A stretch of 64,000 nt of DNA, taken from the IMG/VR virus record IMGVR_UViG_3300005077_000712, positions 1 to 64,000 of that record. One strand, written 5' to 3'. This document shows, piece after piece, positions 53,184-63,228 of this stretch. The first letter of the stretch is position 1; each line of letters begins with the position of its first letter. Made by a program: the position numbers and the translations under genes. The stretch is from a virus. Lineage: Duplodnaviria > Caudoviricetes. Under the pieces are notes generated by a model. That model searched no databases and was not told the origin of the DNA. It was given only the letters and a program-made list of their open reading frames with translations.

Positions 53184-53720
53184 ATGAAAAAAAAATTAGA
53201 TACCTATTTACAAAAACTATATGCTGAAGAAACTAATAAGGTTGATTTAGGCAGTAAAAAGAAAAAAGTTATTAATGAAGTTGTAACTCAAATTGGTAGT
53301 GAATCTGAACAACGTAGAGGTCTTAATAAAAGATTTGATAATGTTACTAAAGGTCAAAAAACTCTTACATCTCAACAAAAGAAATTAGGCCAATTAATTA
53401 TTGCTAAAGTTATGGATAAATCTTTAACTGCTGATGAAGTTATTAGAGTTCTTCTAAAAGTCCTTCCTTCAAATTATATGGATCAAGTACAAATTATGCT
53501 TAATCTTAATCCTGATAAAATTAAACAAGTTCCTGTAGAAGAATCAGTTAAACCTATAAATGAATTATTTGGAGAAGATCCTTTATTGACAGATGAAGAA
53601 GGAAATTCACAAGAATACCAAAGAGGATATGATGATGGCTATGAAGAGGGTTACAATTATGGCTATGAAGATGGTTATAAAGAGGGAATTGAAAAAGAAT
53701 TATTAAGACGCAATATTTAA
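53184..53720 (+). CDS. YLEK-motif protein with GYxxG repeats
   Basis: DTYLQKLYAEE; GYDDGYEEGYNYGYEDGYKEG. Confidence 0.7.
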   Translation: MKKKLDTYLQKLYAEETNKVDLGSKKKKVINEVVTQIGSESEQRRGLNKRFDNVTKGQKTLTSQQKKLGQLIIAKVMDKSLTADEVIRVLLKVLPSNYMDQVQIMLNLNPDKIKQVPVEESVKPINELFGEDPLLTDEEGNSQEYQRGYDDGYEEGYNYGYEDGYKEGIEKELLRRNI

Positions 53721-53757
53721 TAGTTTTGAAGAGGATAATGGTTTGGATTATTAACAT

Positions 53758-54027
53758 ATGAACTTATTAAATAAATTTTTAAATGGTGTTTATACAAAAG
53801 AAATTTTTAATGAGAGTGAAGAACTTGATGAATATGAATTTTATAAACCACTAAAGAATGAAACAAAGAAACAATATATTTATAGACACACACAAAAGCT
53901 CCCAATAGACCCAAAAAATATAAAGATGTTTAAAACAGAAACAATTAAAAAAATAATAATAGAGTACAGAGAGTATTATTCAGATCTATACGATCAATAT
54001 AAAAATAATGGTAAAAGGTTAATATGA
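53758..54027 (+). CDS. Hypothetical protein
   Basis: 89 aa; duplicated in degenerate form at 54421. Confidence 0.6.
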   Translation: MNLLNKFLNGVYTKEIFNESEELDEYEFYKPLKNETKKQYIYRHTQKLPIDPKNIKMFKTETIKKIIIEYREYYSDLYDQYKNNGKRLI

Positions 54028-54419
54028 AAAGAAGTGTAATAGATGTTTATTTAGAAAAGATTTATAATGAAGATGTTTTAAACAAACAATTTTATGGGAA
54101 AGATTTAGTCCCAATTCTTAGCAAAGAATCAGTTAAATCTAAAGGTAAAAAAGTTATAAATGAATTATGGGATAATGATGATGATTATTTACCTGAAGGG
54201 AATCCAGATGAACATCAAATGGGATATGATGATGGCTATGAAATTGGTTATGAAGATGGTAAAGCAAGAATTGAAAAAGAATTAATAAGACCTGAAGATT
54301 TATTAAGACCTGAAGAGCCATTAAATGAATATCAAATAGGTTATAATGATGGTTATGAAGATGGCTATAAAGATGGCAAAGCAATGGTTGAAAAAGAATT
54401 ATTAAGACGCAATATTTAA
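54024..54419 (+). CDS. YLEK-motif protein with two GYxxG repeat blocks
   Basis: DVYLEKIYNE; C-terminal EKELLRRNI identical to 53184..53720. Confidence 0.7.
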   Translation: MKRSVIDVYLEKIYNEDVLNKQFYGKDLVPILSKESVKSKGKKVINELWDNDDDYLPEGNPDEHQMGYDDGYEIGYEDGKARIEKELIRPEDLLRPEEPLNEYQIGYNDGYEDGYKDGKAMVEKELLRRNI

Positions 54420-54420
54420 T

Positions 54421-54650
54421 GGTATTTATACAAAAAAAAATTTTAATCAGAGTGATAAATATGAATTTTATAAACCGCTAAAGAATGAAACAATTAAAAA
54501 AATAATAATAGAGTACAGAGAGTATTATTCAGATTTGTACGATCAATATAAAAATAATGGTAAAAGGTTAATATGAAAAAAATGCAATTGATATTTATTT
54601 AGAAAAGGTTTATGAGAAGTCTATTATGTATCAGAAATATATTAAATAAA
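54421..54650 (+). pseudogene. Decayed duplicate of 53758..54027 and the start of 54024..54419
   Basis: Near-identical DNA (acaattaaaaaaataataatagagtacagagag...ggttaatatgaaaa) with deletions and a frameshift. Confidence 0.75.
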
Positions 54651-54718
54651 AAAACATAAATATACAAAAAATTACGAAAGAATTTTAACAATTAACAAAT
54701 ATATATATTAGTAATAAA

Positions 54719-55654
54719 ATGGAGGATTTATTAATGAATCTTAAAAGAGTAAAGGAAATACTTGAATCCAAAAGTTTGGATGAAAAGGAAATTAAAGCTC
54801 TTGACGAATTTTTTACTCAATATACAGAGGAAGTCAAAATAGCCGAAAGAAAAAAACTTGGTATTAATGGGAATGAAGAAATGATTCCTAAATCTCTTGC
54901 AGAAAAAGCTTTTAATAAATTTAACAAAGATGCTGAAACAGCTTTTAATCTTTTTAAAGAAGATTCAAAAAACGCTTTTAATCTTTTTAAATCTGATTCA
55001 GAAAAAGCTTTTGATCTTTATGCAGAAGATTTACAAAATGAATATGCTGAGAATATGGTGAAAGGACTTCAAGATCTTTATTCTGATATTGAAACAAGAG
55101 TTAAGAAAGACTTTATGGAATCAAAGGATGCCTCTATACTTAATGGTATTAAAAGACTTGTTATGCCATTAGTAGCAGCGGAAGAGCAACAAGCATTGCT
55201 TGAAGAAATTGATAAACTAAAGAGTGAAAAGAAAATCATTCTTGAAGAAACACAAGAAGTTACTAAAGAGAATATAATTAATTCATTAGTATCTGGTTTC
55301 CCAAAAGAATATGCAGAAGATATTAAATCTTATTTAGTTCCATCTAAAAATGAAGATGAGATTTATGAGCGTTTTTCTTTTATTTGTGAAATGGTTGATA
55401 AGGGTGCAATAAAACCTAAAACTGTTATTTCAGAAGAAGTTAAAAAAGTAGAAGATAAAAAAGTTGCAAAGAAAGTTGAAAAGAAACAAATTACAGAAGA
55501 AAAAAGACCTGCTATTAAACAAAAGAAATTAATAACGGAAGAGTTAAATTCTTCTTCAAGTGTTAGATCAAAATCTAAGGAAGTAACAACTGCTCCTAAG
55601 AAATTCTTTACTGATGAAGATGATGCTATTATTAGCATGTTATTTGGTGCATAA
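54719..55654 (+). CDS. Prohead core/scaffold protein (T4 gp22-like)
   Basis: Coiled-coil with I/L-T-E-E sites; lies between protease and capsid genes. Confidence 0.75.
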   Translation: MEDLLMNLKRVKEILESKSLDEKEIKALDEFFTQYTEEVKIAERKKLGINGNEEMIPKSLAEKAFNKFNKDAETAFNLFKEDSKNAFNLFKSDSEKAFDLYAEDLQNEYAENMVKGLQDLYSDIETRVKKDFMESKDASILNGIKRLVMPLVAAEEQQALLEEIDKLKSEKKIILEETQEVTKENIINSLVSGFPKEYAEDIKSYLVPSKNEDEIYERFSFICEMVDKGAIKPKTVISEEVKKVEDKKVAKKVEKKQITEEKRPAIKQKKLITEELNSSSSVRSKSKEVTTAPKKFFTDEDDAIISMLFGA

Positions 55655-55693
55655 ATTAAACAATAATAGTTTAAAAATATTGGAGGAATTATA

Positions 55694-57385
55694 ATGTTTT
55701 ATACCGAAGCATACAAACAAAGACAAGAATTAGAAAGTTCTCTTTTGTCAAAATGGGAACCTGCTCTTAATGCAAACGGCGGTGTTGCTAATGAACACCT
55801 TGCAAGAGCTACTGCTATTCTTTGTGAGAACTATCTTACTGAACTCAAAGGTGATCCAAGACTTATCGCTGAAGATAGAGTTCAAACAGGAGCATTTAGA
55901 GGAGTTAACCTTGCTCTACTTGGTCTTATTACCCGTGTTATTCCTGCCCTTGTAGGTGCAGAACTTGTTGGTGTTCAAGCTATGCCAACCCCTAAATCAC
56001 CTATATTTACAATGACATGGCACAAATCTGCAACCAAAGGTTTCACTACTGGAAATACAGGATCATTCCCTAATCTTCCTGATGGTGATGAACTTTGGGT
56101 AACTCCTATTCCTGACTCTTATGCTGAATTTGGTGGGGTTGATCCTTACTATTCATCTAATCAGGTTTATGAGAAAAAAACCAAAGCTCAAGTAGTTGCT
56201 TTCGCAGCTTCAGCTTATGAATTTGCATGGGCTAAAGAATTGGATAAAATGGATACTAAAGGTTATCTTTATCCTGAAAGTGTTGTAGTTTATTTTCTTG
56301 ATAGTACAGCAGAAATTAAAGATTTTGCAACTTATGGACCTAATGGAAATTATCTTGCAAGAGCATATATTACAGGTGGACTCAATGGCCTTAATGAATA
56401 TGTTATGCTTTTTACAGATGTAAATGGCGTGAATATTCCTATTGCTGCTGCTGATCTTTCTTTTGATCAAACTGCAAATCCTAAACTTATTGTTGCAACA
56501 GGTACTTGGCCAAATATTATCACAGCAATTGAAACTGCTTCAGGAAAGGTTGTTGGTAATGTAATATTCTCTTATCAATATGATGCTGAAGATGAAGGTA
56601 ATATTCCTGAAATCGAATTTAAAATTTCAGAAGAAGTAATTGGTCTTACTCGTAGACAATTAAGAGGAAAATATACAGTTGATGCTGTGCAAGATCTTAA
56701 AGTATTGCATGGTATTAATCTTGATAGCGAACTTGTGAACATGATGAAAAACGAGCTTATGCACGAAATTAATCATGAAATCGTAACTGACCTTCGCAAA
56801 CTTGCTTATCATGTAAAAGAACTTGATTTTAATGATTTTGTAAACTATACTGCTGGTACTGCTGGTGCTGTTACTACAGGTAACTATGATGATGCCGCTA
56901 AACTTGCTCTCGATGCAATTAATAGAATTGCTGCAAGTATATGGGTTAAAGGACGTATGGGATATGGTAACTTCGTAGTTGGTAATCCTATCACACTTTC
57001 TTATCTTGATAGAGTTCCTGGTTTCGTAGGTTCTGGAGTTACTTATTCTGGAAGAGACCTCTCTTATGCAGGCTCAGTTGGTGGTAAACTTAAAATCTAT
57101 CACGATCCTACCTTCCCTGAAGATGAACTTCTTATCGGTTATAAAGGCGGATCTGCTCTTGAGACTGGATACTTATACTGTCCATATCTCCCTATTACAG
57201 CAACTCCTACTCTTTATAATCCAACAACAGGAGACCCAAGTAAGATTTTTTATACTCGTTATTCTAAGACTCTTAAAGAAAGTGGTTCTGGTTTAACAAG
57301 ACCAAAATCTGTTATTCTTAATGGAGAGCTTCAATATGCGAGACTTAAATTAACAAATTACCCTGGTTCTAAACTTTTTGGATAA
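55694..57385 (+). CDS. Major capsid protein (T4 gp23-like)
   Basis: LLSKWEP, LVGVQAMPTP, RQLRGKYT, EINHEI and YCPY motifs. Confidence 0.93.
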   Translation: MFYTEAYKQRQELESSLLSKWEPALNANGGVANEHLARATAILCENYLTELKGDPRLIAEDRVQTGAFRGVNLALLGLITRVIPALVGAELVGVQAMPTPKSPIFTMTWHKSATKGFTTGNTGSFPNLPDGDELWVTPIPDSYAEFGGVDPYYSSNQVYEKKTKAQVVAFAASAYEFAWAKELDKMDTKGYLYPESVVVYFLDSTAEIKDFATYGPNGNYLARAYITGGLNGLNEYVMLFTDVNGVNIPIAAADLSFDQTANPKLIVATGTWPNIITAIETASGKVVGNVIFSYQYDAEDEGNIPEIEFKISEEVIGLTRRQLRGKYTVDAVQDLKVLHGINLDSELVNMMKNELMHEINHEIVTDLRKLAYHVKELDFNDFVNYTAGTAGAVTTGNYDDAAKLALDAINRIAASIWVKGRMGYGNFVVGNPITLSYLDRVPGFVGSGVTYSGRDLSYAGSVGGKLKIYHDPTFPEDELLIGYKGGSALETGYLYCPYLPITATPTLYNPTTGDPSKIFYTRYSKTLKESGSGLTRPKSVILNGELQYARLKLTNYPGSKLFG

Positions 57386-57409
57386 GATTTAAGATTTAGT
57401 CAATTTATA

Positions 57410-57437
57410 AAAAGCGGAGAAGAAATTCTCCGCTTTT
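57410..57437 (+). terminator. Intrinsic terminator after the capsid gene
   Basis: aaaagcggagaa-gaaa-ttctccgcttttttt. Confidence 0.9.
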
Positions 57438-57476
57438 TTTTTATATAAAAGTTTTAAAAAAGTAATATAATTATAC

Positions 57477-59162
57477 ATGAGAGAAAAATATATAAAAAAA
57501 GCTAATTTAGTTCATAATAATAAATATGACTATTCAAAACTGATATATACTAATTTAAATAATAAGGGTATAATTATATGTCCTATTCATGGTGAATTTG
57601 AACAAAATTTACATGCTCATTTATATTTAAAACAAGGTTGTAAACTTTGTGGTATAGAATCAAGAATTAATAAACGAAAAAAAACTTTAATTGAATTTAA
57701 AAGAAATGCTTCATATATTCATAATAACAAGTATGATTATTCATTAGTTGAATATATAAACAACTCAACAAAAGTTATTATAATATGCCCTATTCATGGT
57801 AAATTTGAACAAATTCCAAAAGATCATTTAAATGGTCATGGGTGTAGCAAATGTGGTGGCACATCAAAATTAATTAAAGAAGATATAATTATTAATTTAA
57901 ATAATATTCATAATAATAAATATGATTATTCAAAATTAAAATATATAAACGGAAAAAATAAAATTAAAATTATATGTCCTATTCATGGTGAATTTGAACA
58001 AACACTTGAAAATCATAAAAATAGACAATCTGGCTGTCCTAAATGTCACATTGCACAATCTTCTTATGAAAAGGAAATTATAAAAATATTAATAAGTATA
58101 AAACCAGATTTAAAAATATTAAATAATATATCTATAAATAAAATAAATGAGTTAAATATGAATAATAATTTTTTAGATAAAATAAAAGATAAACCAATAA
58201 CTCTTCTTTCACCATATATTAAAAATTCAGAAAAAATAAAAGTTAAATGTAATATCTGTAATCATGAATGGAGTGTATTATCATCTAATTTGAATAAAGG
58301 CAATGGATGTCCAAATTGTTTTAATAGGATTAGTTCTTATGAAAATGAGACTTATGATATATTTAAGAATGAAAATATTCAAAGGAATAAGAGATTTAAT
58401 AATTATGAAATAGATATTTTTTTTCCTGATTATAATCTTGGCATAGAATTTCATGGATTATATTATCATTCAGATAAATTTAAAAATAAAAATTATCATA
58501 AAGATAAATATTTAAAATTTAAAGAATTAAATATAGATTTAATTCAAATATTTGAAAATGAATGGATTAATAAAAAAGATATAGTTTTATCTATTATAAA
58601 AAATAGATTAGGATTAAATAAAGAAAAGATATTTGCAAGAAAATGTGAAATAAAAAATATAGATACTGAAACAGCCAAACAGTTTTGCAATGATAATCAT
58701 ATACAAGGTTATGCAAGTAGTAGTGTAAAAATAGGATTATTTTATAAAGATGAGTTAGTTTCTTTAATTACTTTAAGGAAGAATAGATTTAATAAAAATA
58801 GTATTCAAGAGATAATAAGATTTTGTAATAAAAAAGATTTAACTATAATTGGAGGATTTAATAAATTATTAAGTTATATTAAAAACAGTTTGCATATAAA
58901 TGAACTTTCAAGTTTTGTTGATGTTAGATATTTTAATGGAAATAGTTATAAAAATTATAAATTTGAATATCATACTGTTCCTAATTATTTTTATTTCAAA
59001 ACTAATAAATTGCTTCAAAATAGAATGATGTTTCAAAAACATAAACTTAAAAATAAACTTCCTATTTTTAATGAAACATTAAGTGAATATGAAAATATGG
59101 AATTAAATGGATATTATCGGATTTTTGATGCAGGGAATTTAAAATTTAAACTTGATTTATAA
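57477..59162 (+). CDS. Free-standing putative homing endonuclease (repeated CPIHG zinc modules, Vsr/Hef-like nuclease)
   Basis: Three KYDYS..Y...IICPIHG.FEQ...H...GC..C repeats; EIDIFFPDYNLGIEFHGLYYH. Confidence 0.8.
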   Translation: MREKYIKKANLVHNNKYDYSKLIYTNLNNKGIIICPIHGEFEQNLHAHLYLKQGCKLCGIESRINKRKKTLIEFKRNASYIHNNKYDYSLVEYINNSTKVIIICPIHGKFEQIPKDHLNGHGCSKCGGTSKLIKEDIIINLNNIHNNKYDYSKLKYINGKNKIKIICPIHGEFEQTLENHKNRQSGCPKCHIAQSSYEKEIIKILISIKPDLKILNNISINKINELNMNNNFLDKIKDKPITLLSPYIKNSEKIKVKCNICNHEWSVLSSNLNKGNGCPNCFNRISSYENETYDIFKNENIQRNKRFNNYEIDIFFPDYNLGIEFHGLYYHSDKFKNKNYHKDKYLKFKELNIDLIQIFENEWINKKDIVLSIIKNRLGLNKEKIFARKCEIKNIDTETAKQFCNDNHIQGYASSSVKIGLFYKDELVSLITLRKNRFNKNSIQEIIRFCNKKDLTIIGGFNKLLSYIKNSLHINELSSFVDVRYFNGNSYKNYKFEYHTVPNYFYFKTNKLLQNRMMFQKHKLKNKLPIFNETLSEYENMELNGYYRIFDAGNLKFKLDL

Positions 59163-59190
59163 AAAAGAGAGAAGAAATTCTCTCTTTTTT
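59161..59190 (+). terminator. Intrinsic terminator, near-copy of 57410
   Basis: aaaaaagagagaa-gaaa-ttctctcttttttt. Confidence 0.88.
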
Positions 59191-59271
59191 TTATATACTG
59201 AAAAAATATATATATAAATTAACAAAAATTACAAATATAAATTTATCACTAATTTGTGGAGAAATTTATAA

Positions 59272-60537
59272 ATGATTAATTTTAACATTGATGATAAAAG
59301 TATAAAAAGTATGTTTCAATATTTTGAAGCAATTGATAAAAAAGATGATATAAGTATTTCTGAAATTATTAAAAAACAAAACTTAAAAAAATCAGGTCGT
59401 AAATCTATAGAATTTAGTTTAATAAATTCTTTGAAAGAAAAAGATATGAGTGATATAGCAATCTATACTGCTTTATATCTTTCTAAACTAACAACTAATA
59501 AATGGTCTATGGATGATATTGAAAATGTTTTAGAGAACGAAAATTTTATAGATGAAACATTAATACCAATGTTATCAAAAAATTTTATTGATACAAATAA
59601 TTTAGATGAAGACCAAATAAGAGAAATTGCTAAGAAAGTACAAGAAAATATAGTTGAAAATGAAAAGAAAACAATATTAATGGTATCTGACTTTATTAAT
59701 GAGAGAAAGAGTGATAATACTATTTTTGTTCATCAATTAACACAATCTCAATTAAGTTCAATTCAAAATTTAATTATAGAAACTTTACAAATATTTGAAA
59801 ATGTTTTAGAGGATTATAACATTTCTGATTTCTTAAATCATGAAGCATCTGAAACATCATTAGAACAAACATATTTATTTATGAATAAATTACTTGGTGG
59901 TAATTTTGAATCAAAAACAACCTCATTATTATCAGAAATTAAAGTAGTTATAGATACTTTAGAAGATGTAAAAAAAACAACTAAATTAAATGAAACAGGT
60001 CAAAAAAAAGTAGAAAAATATTTAAAACTTCTTAATAAAGCAAAAGATGTATTTGAAAAATTAAGTGAAAAAACTATAATTTGGATTCAAGCAGAAAATT
60101 CAATAACTGATATAGAATCTCTTAAAAATTACTTTGATCAATTAGAAGCTGATAGAGCAAAATCTATAAAAGTAATATCACAATATAAAAAATTAAGCAA
60201 AAAACAGACTCAAATACCATCTGAAAATCTAGAAGAAGATGAGGAAATGAGTGGATCAGATTGGTCACATGAAAGACTTAAAAAAGAAATCAAAGAAATT
60301 GCAAGAATAATAGTAAAAGAAAAAAGAATTTCAAATCTTTCTGCTGAAGAACTTACTAAATTAAGTAATGAACTTGCTGAAAGTTTTATTAATGACAAAA
60401 AAAATATTGGGATAAAACAATATTTAAGAACAAGTGGGCATAAGGATTATGTTAGTGAAATAGCAAGTCAATTTGCAATTCAGTTAAAATCTAAAAATGT
60501 AACAGTAGGTAGACCTAAAGGAGTGGTTAAAAAATGA
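59272..60537 (+). CDS. Hypothetical virion protein
   Basis: 421-aa helical ORF in the structural operon. Confidence 0.65.
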   Translation: MINFNIDDKSIKSMFQYFEAIDKKDDISISEIIKKQNLKKSGRKSIEFSLINSLKEKDMSDIAIYTALYLSKLTTNKWSMDDIENVLENENFIDETLIPMLSKNFIDTNNLDEDQIREIAKKVQENIVENEKKTILMVSDFINERKSDNTIFVHQLTQSQLSSIQNLIIETLQIFENVLEDYNISDFLNHEASETSLEQTYLFMNKLLGGNFESKTTSLLSEIKVVIDTLEDVKKTTKLNETGQKKVEKYLKLLNKAKDVFEKLSEKTIIWIQAENSITDIESLKNYFDQLEADRAKSIKVISQYKKLSKKQTQIPSENLEEDEEMSGSDWSHERLKKEIKEIARIIVKEKRISNLSAEELTKLSNELAESFINDKKNIGIKQYLRTSGHKDYVSEIASQFAIQLKSKNVTVGRPKGVVKK

Positions 60538-60872
60538 GTAAAAAATTTTTTCATTATTTAAATAGATCAAATAAATTAAACAAAGAAGAAGAAAAAGATT
60601 TAGTTTCTTTTGTTGAAAATTTTGATGAAATAACTAAATCAAAAGAATATTTTGAAGATGATTATTCATTACCTTTATCACAACATATAAAACTAATTAT
60701 TGAATCAGAACAAAGTGAACTTGATAAGGCAAAGAATATGTTTTCTATGCTTATAAAAAATAAAATTGATAATGAAATGGCAGCAAAAAGACTTATGACT
60801 GCTTTTGGAGTTGATAAAGAAATAAAGAGCAAAGTAATAGCATTATTTAAAGAAAATAAAGGTGAAGCATAA
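60534..60872 (+). CDS. Hypothetical protein
   Basis: 112 aa, translationally coupled. Confidence 0.65.
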   Translation: MSKKFFHYLNRSNKLNKEEEKDLVSFVENFDEITKSKEYFEDDYSLPLSQHIKLIIESEQSELDKAKNMFSMLIKNKIDNEMAAKRLMTAFGVDKEIKSKVIALFKENKGEA

Positions 60873-61654
60873 TGCCAATAGGTGATTCTACATTTATCCC
60901 ATTAAATCCACAACTTTTTAATGATAATAATGAATTATCAAATTTTAAAAGTTATATATTAAGACAACTTGGGTGGCCTCTTATAAGAGTTGAAATTACA
61001 GAAGAACAACTTATGGATTGTATATTGGATGCAGTTCAATTATATCATGAGTATGCTGCTTCTGATTATGATGTAAGAGTAATTTCTGGATTTGCTGGTA
61101 ATCAGGTTGATATTCCAATGGATATAAATCCTAAATTTATTCTTGATGTAATATTTGAAAGAGATTATTATGATACTATGTCTGCTGGTTTAGGTGCTAT
61201 GGGTTATGAAGAAACTCTTGGTGGAGTATTACCATATAATATATCAGGAAGATCTGCTTTAGTACAAGATTTTGATATAGCAGGTTATTATTTATATTTA
61301 CAACATATGGAAGATTTTAAAAAAATGTTAGGAATAAGAAATTATTTTGAAGTTATTGGGAATAAGATACATTTATTTCCTGCTACTGTTAGTTATAGTA
61401 GGGTTGGTATTATTTATAAACCTATGATGAATGAACAAAAAATTGAGAATGAAATGTGGGTTAAAAAGTATGCTATTGCAAAAGCTAAGATGATAGTTGG
61501 AACTATTAGAAGTAAACTTGGTGGATTTTCAAGTACAGGTACAAACATTGCTGTTGATGGTGAAGCAATGAAATCAGAGGCACAAGCAGAAATAGATAAA
61601 CTTGAAGAAAAGTTACAATTTCTTGGTGTTCCTATGCCAATTATGCAGATGTAA
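60872..61654 (+). CDS. Neck protein (T4 gp13-like)
   Basis: LRQLGWPLIRVEITEEQL..CI.DA. Confidence 0.82.
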   Translation: MPIGDSTFIPLNPQLFNDNNELSNFKSYILRQLGWPLIRVEITEEQLMDCILDAVQLYHEYAASDYDVRVISGFAGNQVDIPMDINPKFILDVIFERDYYDTMSAGLGAMGYEETLGGVLPYNISGRSALVQDFDIAGYYLYLQHMEDFKKMLGIRNYFEVIGNKIHLFPATVSYSRVGIIYKPMMNEQKIENEMWVKKYAIAKAKMIVGTIRSKLGGFSSTGTNIAVDGEAMKSEAQAEIDKLEEKLQFLGVPMPIMQM

Positions 61655-61689
61655 AAATAATTTTAAATATATTGGGATAATAAAAAAAT

Positions 61690-63225
61690 ATGTCTATTAA
61701 AAGAAATTCTAAAAAAATAAAATTCATTAATCCTTTAGACGAAATTTATAATAATGAACTTTTTAATGAATATAGAAGAGATGTTGAAAATCTTGATAAA
61801 ACCTATGTTGAATTAATGAGTTTTAGTTTATTAAATAAAAAGAAACCAATTTATGAAAATTATTTTTTTGAGGCTGTTACACCCATTAACTCATCTTTTT
61901 TTGAATTATTTTTGGAAGCTATGGCTAAAGGTTTTATAAAAAATGAAAAATCTTTTGAAACTTTTTTAAAGAATTTATATAATGATGAAAATAATGTAAA
62001 TGTTTTTAAAAAGAATTTAAAAGATGCAATACAAAAAGATAATGAGTATAAAAATTTATCACAAGAACAAATAGATGAAAGAACTCAAAATGTTATAGAT
62101 AAAACTAAAGAAGAATATAAAGAAAATTATGATAGATCTTTGTCTGATTTCATTGAGGCGTTTAATAAATTATCAGATAATGAAATTACATTTTTATATA
62201 AAAAATATTTGACTTCTAATGAAGTTAAACAAATTAATGAAAATATTTCAAAATTTGAACAAGGTCAAAACAAAAACTTAAATTTATTCATTAATAAAAT
62301 TTCTAAATTAATGAGTGATAGAAAAGATGTTAATTTAGATGATAAAGAGGAAGAAGAAGGTAATAAACAAACTATAAAACTTAATATGATATATGAAGTA
62401 TTAGAAAAATCTAATGCTTTACAAGAAGTTTATTCTGTATTAAGAAATAATCATATACAAGTTTTAACAGATGGAATGAATTTAGCTGGTGAAAAAGTTG
62501 GTGTATCTTTGGCAAATGCTGGAAGTAGTAATAGCAAATTTGCTCCTGTTACTGGTAATGATGATAGAAGTAATAATATAAGAATTGCTCAAAAAGCTTC
62601 TATTTCTTATATAACAATTATGTCTTGTGTAGTTTTTATATCAGGAACATATCAGAATAAAGAAGAAGTTAATGAAGCATTTTTATTAAAGCAAATTAAC
62701 AAAACTTTATATAGTGAAGGCCTTTCTAATTTTGTGATGAGACCAATAAAATTTGCATCTAATATGATAAATAAATATATTACTGTTACAAGTTTTGAAC
62801 AGCTTTTAAGAGATCCAGGGGTGTTTGCAAAAAATGTATATAAATTTTTTAAATCAAGTAATTATACATTAAATAAAGTTTTATCTGATGCAGGAATACA
62901 AATAAAACCAAGAGATTTAGAAGAATTATTAAAAGATGGATTAGACAAAAATAATTTTGAAACTGCAAAAAACTTTTTAATTTCATATCTGAAACAATAT
63001 ATGAACAAAGACAACGTGAAGAGTATAACTCTTGAATATTTTCAAAACTTTGGAATTAAACAATCAGCAGGTGCAAAATTAAGAGAAGGTATTAAAAGTG
63101 TTGGTAAAGCATTAGGAATGAATAAGGAAAGTAGAGAACTTGAAGCACAAAGTAATCAAGCAGGGCAAAGAATGTCTGGTGAGTTAAGTAACGCTTCTAA
63201 TCCACCTACTAAGACTGAGGTTTAA
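61690..63225 (+). CDS. Hypothetical virion protein
   Basis: 511-aa ORF between neck genes. Confidence 0.65.
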   Translation: MSIKRNSKKIKFINPLDEIYNNELFNEYRRDVENLDKTYVELMSFSLLNKKKPIYENYFFEAVTPINSSFFELFLEAMAKGFIKNEKSFETFLKNLYNDENNVNVFKKNLKDAIQKDNEYKNLSQEQIDERTQNVIDKTKEEYKENYDRSLSDFIEAFNKLSDNEITFLYKKYLTSNEVKQINENISKFEQGQNKNLNLFINKISKLMSDRKDVNLDDKEEEEGNKQTIKLNMIYEVLEKSNALQEVYSVLRNNHIQVLTDGMNLAGEKVGVSLANAGSSNSKFAPVTGNDDRSNNIRIAQKASISYITIMSCVVFISGTYQNKEEVNEAFLLKQINKTLYSEGLSNFVMRPIKFASNMINKYITVTSFEQLLRDPGVFAKNVYKFFKSSNYTLNKVLSDAGIQIKPRDLEELLKDGLDKNNFETAKNFLISYLKQYMNKDNVKSITLEYFQNFGIKQSAGAKLREGIKSVGKALGMNKESRELEAQSNQAGQRMSGELSNASNPPTKTEV

Positions 63226-63228
63226 AAT

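Noticed and set aside
1914-60398. Other short opposite-strand or nested ORFs (e.g. 1914, 5004, 18750, 24891, 40201, 42609, 55363, 56210, 60210)
   Set aside because: They are fully contained in well-supported genes, with no SD or recognisable motif
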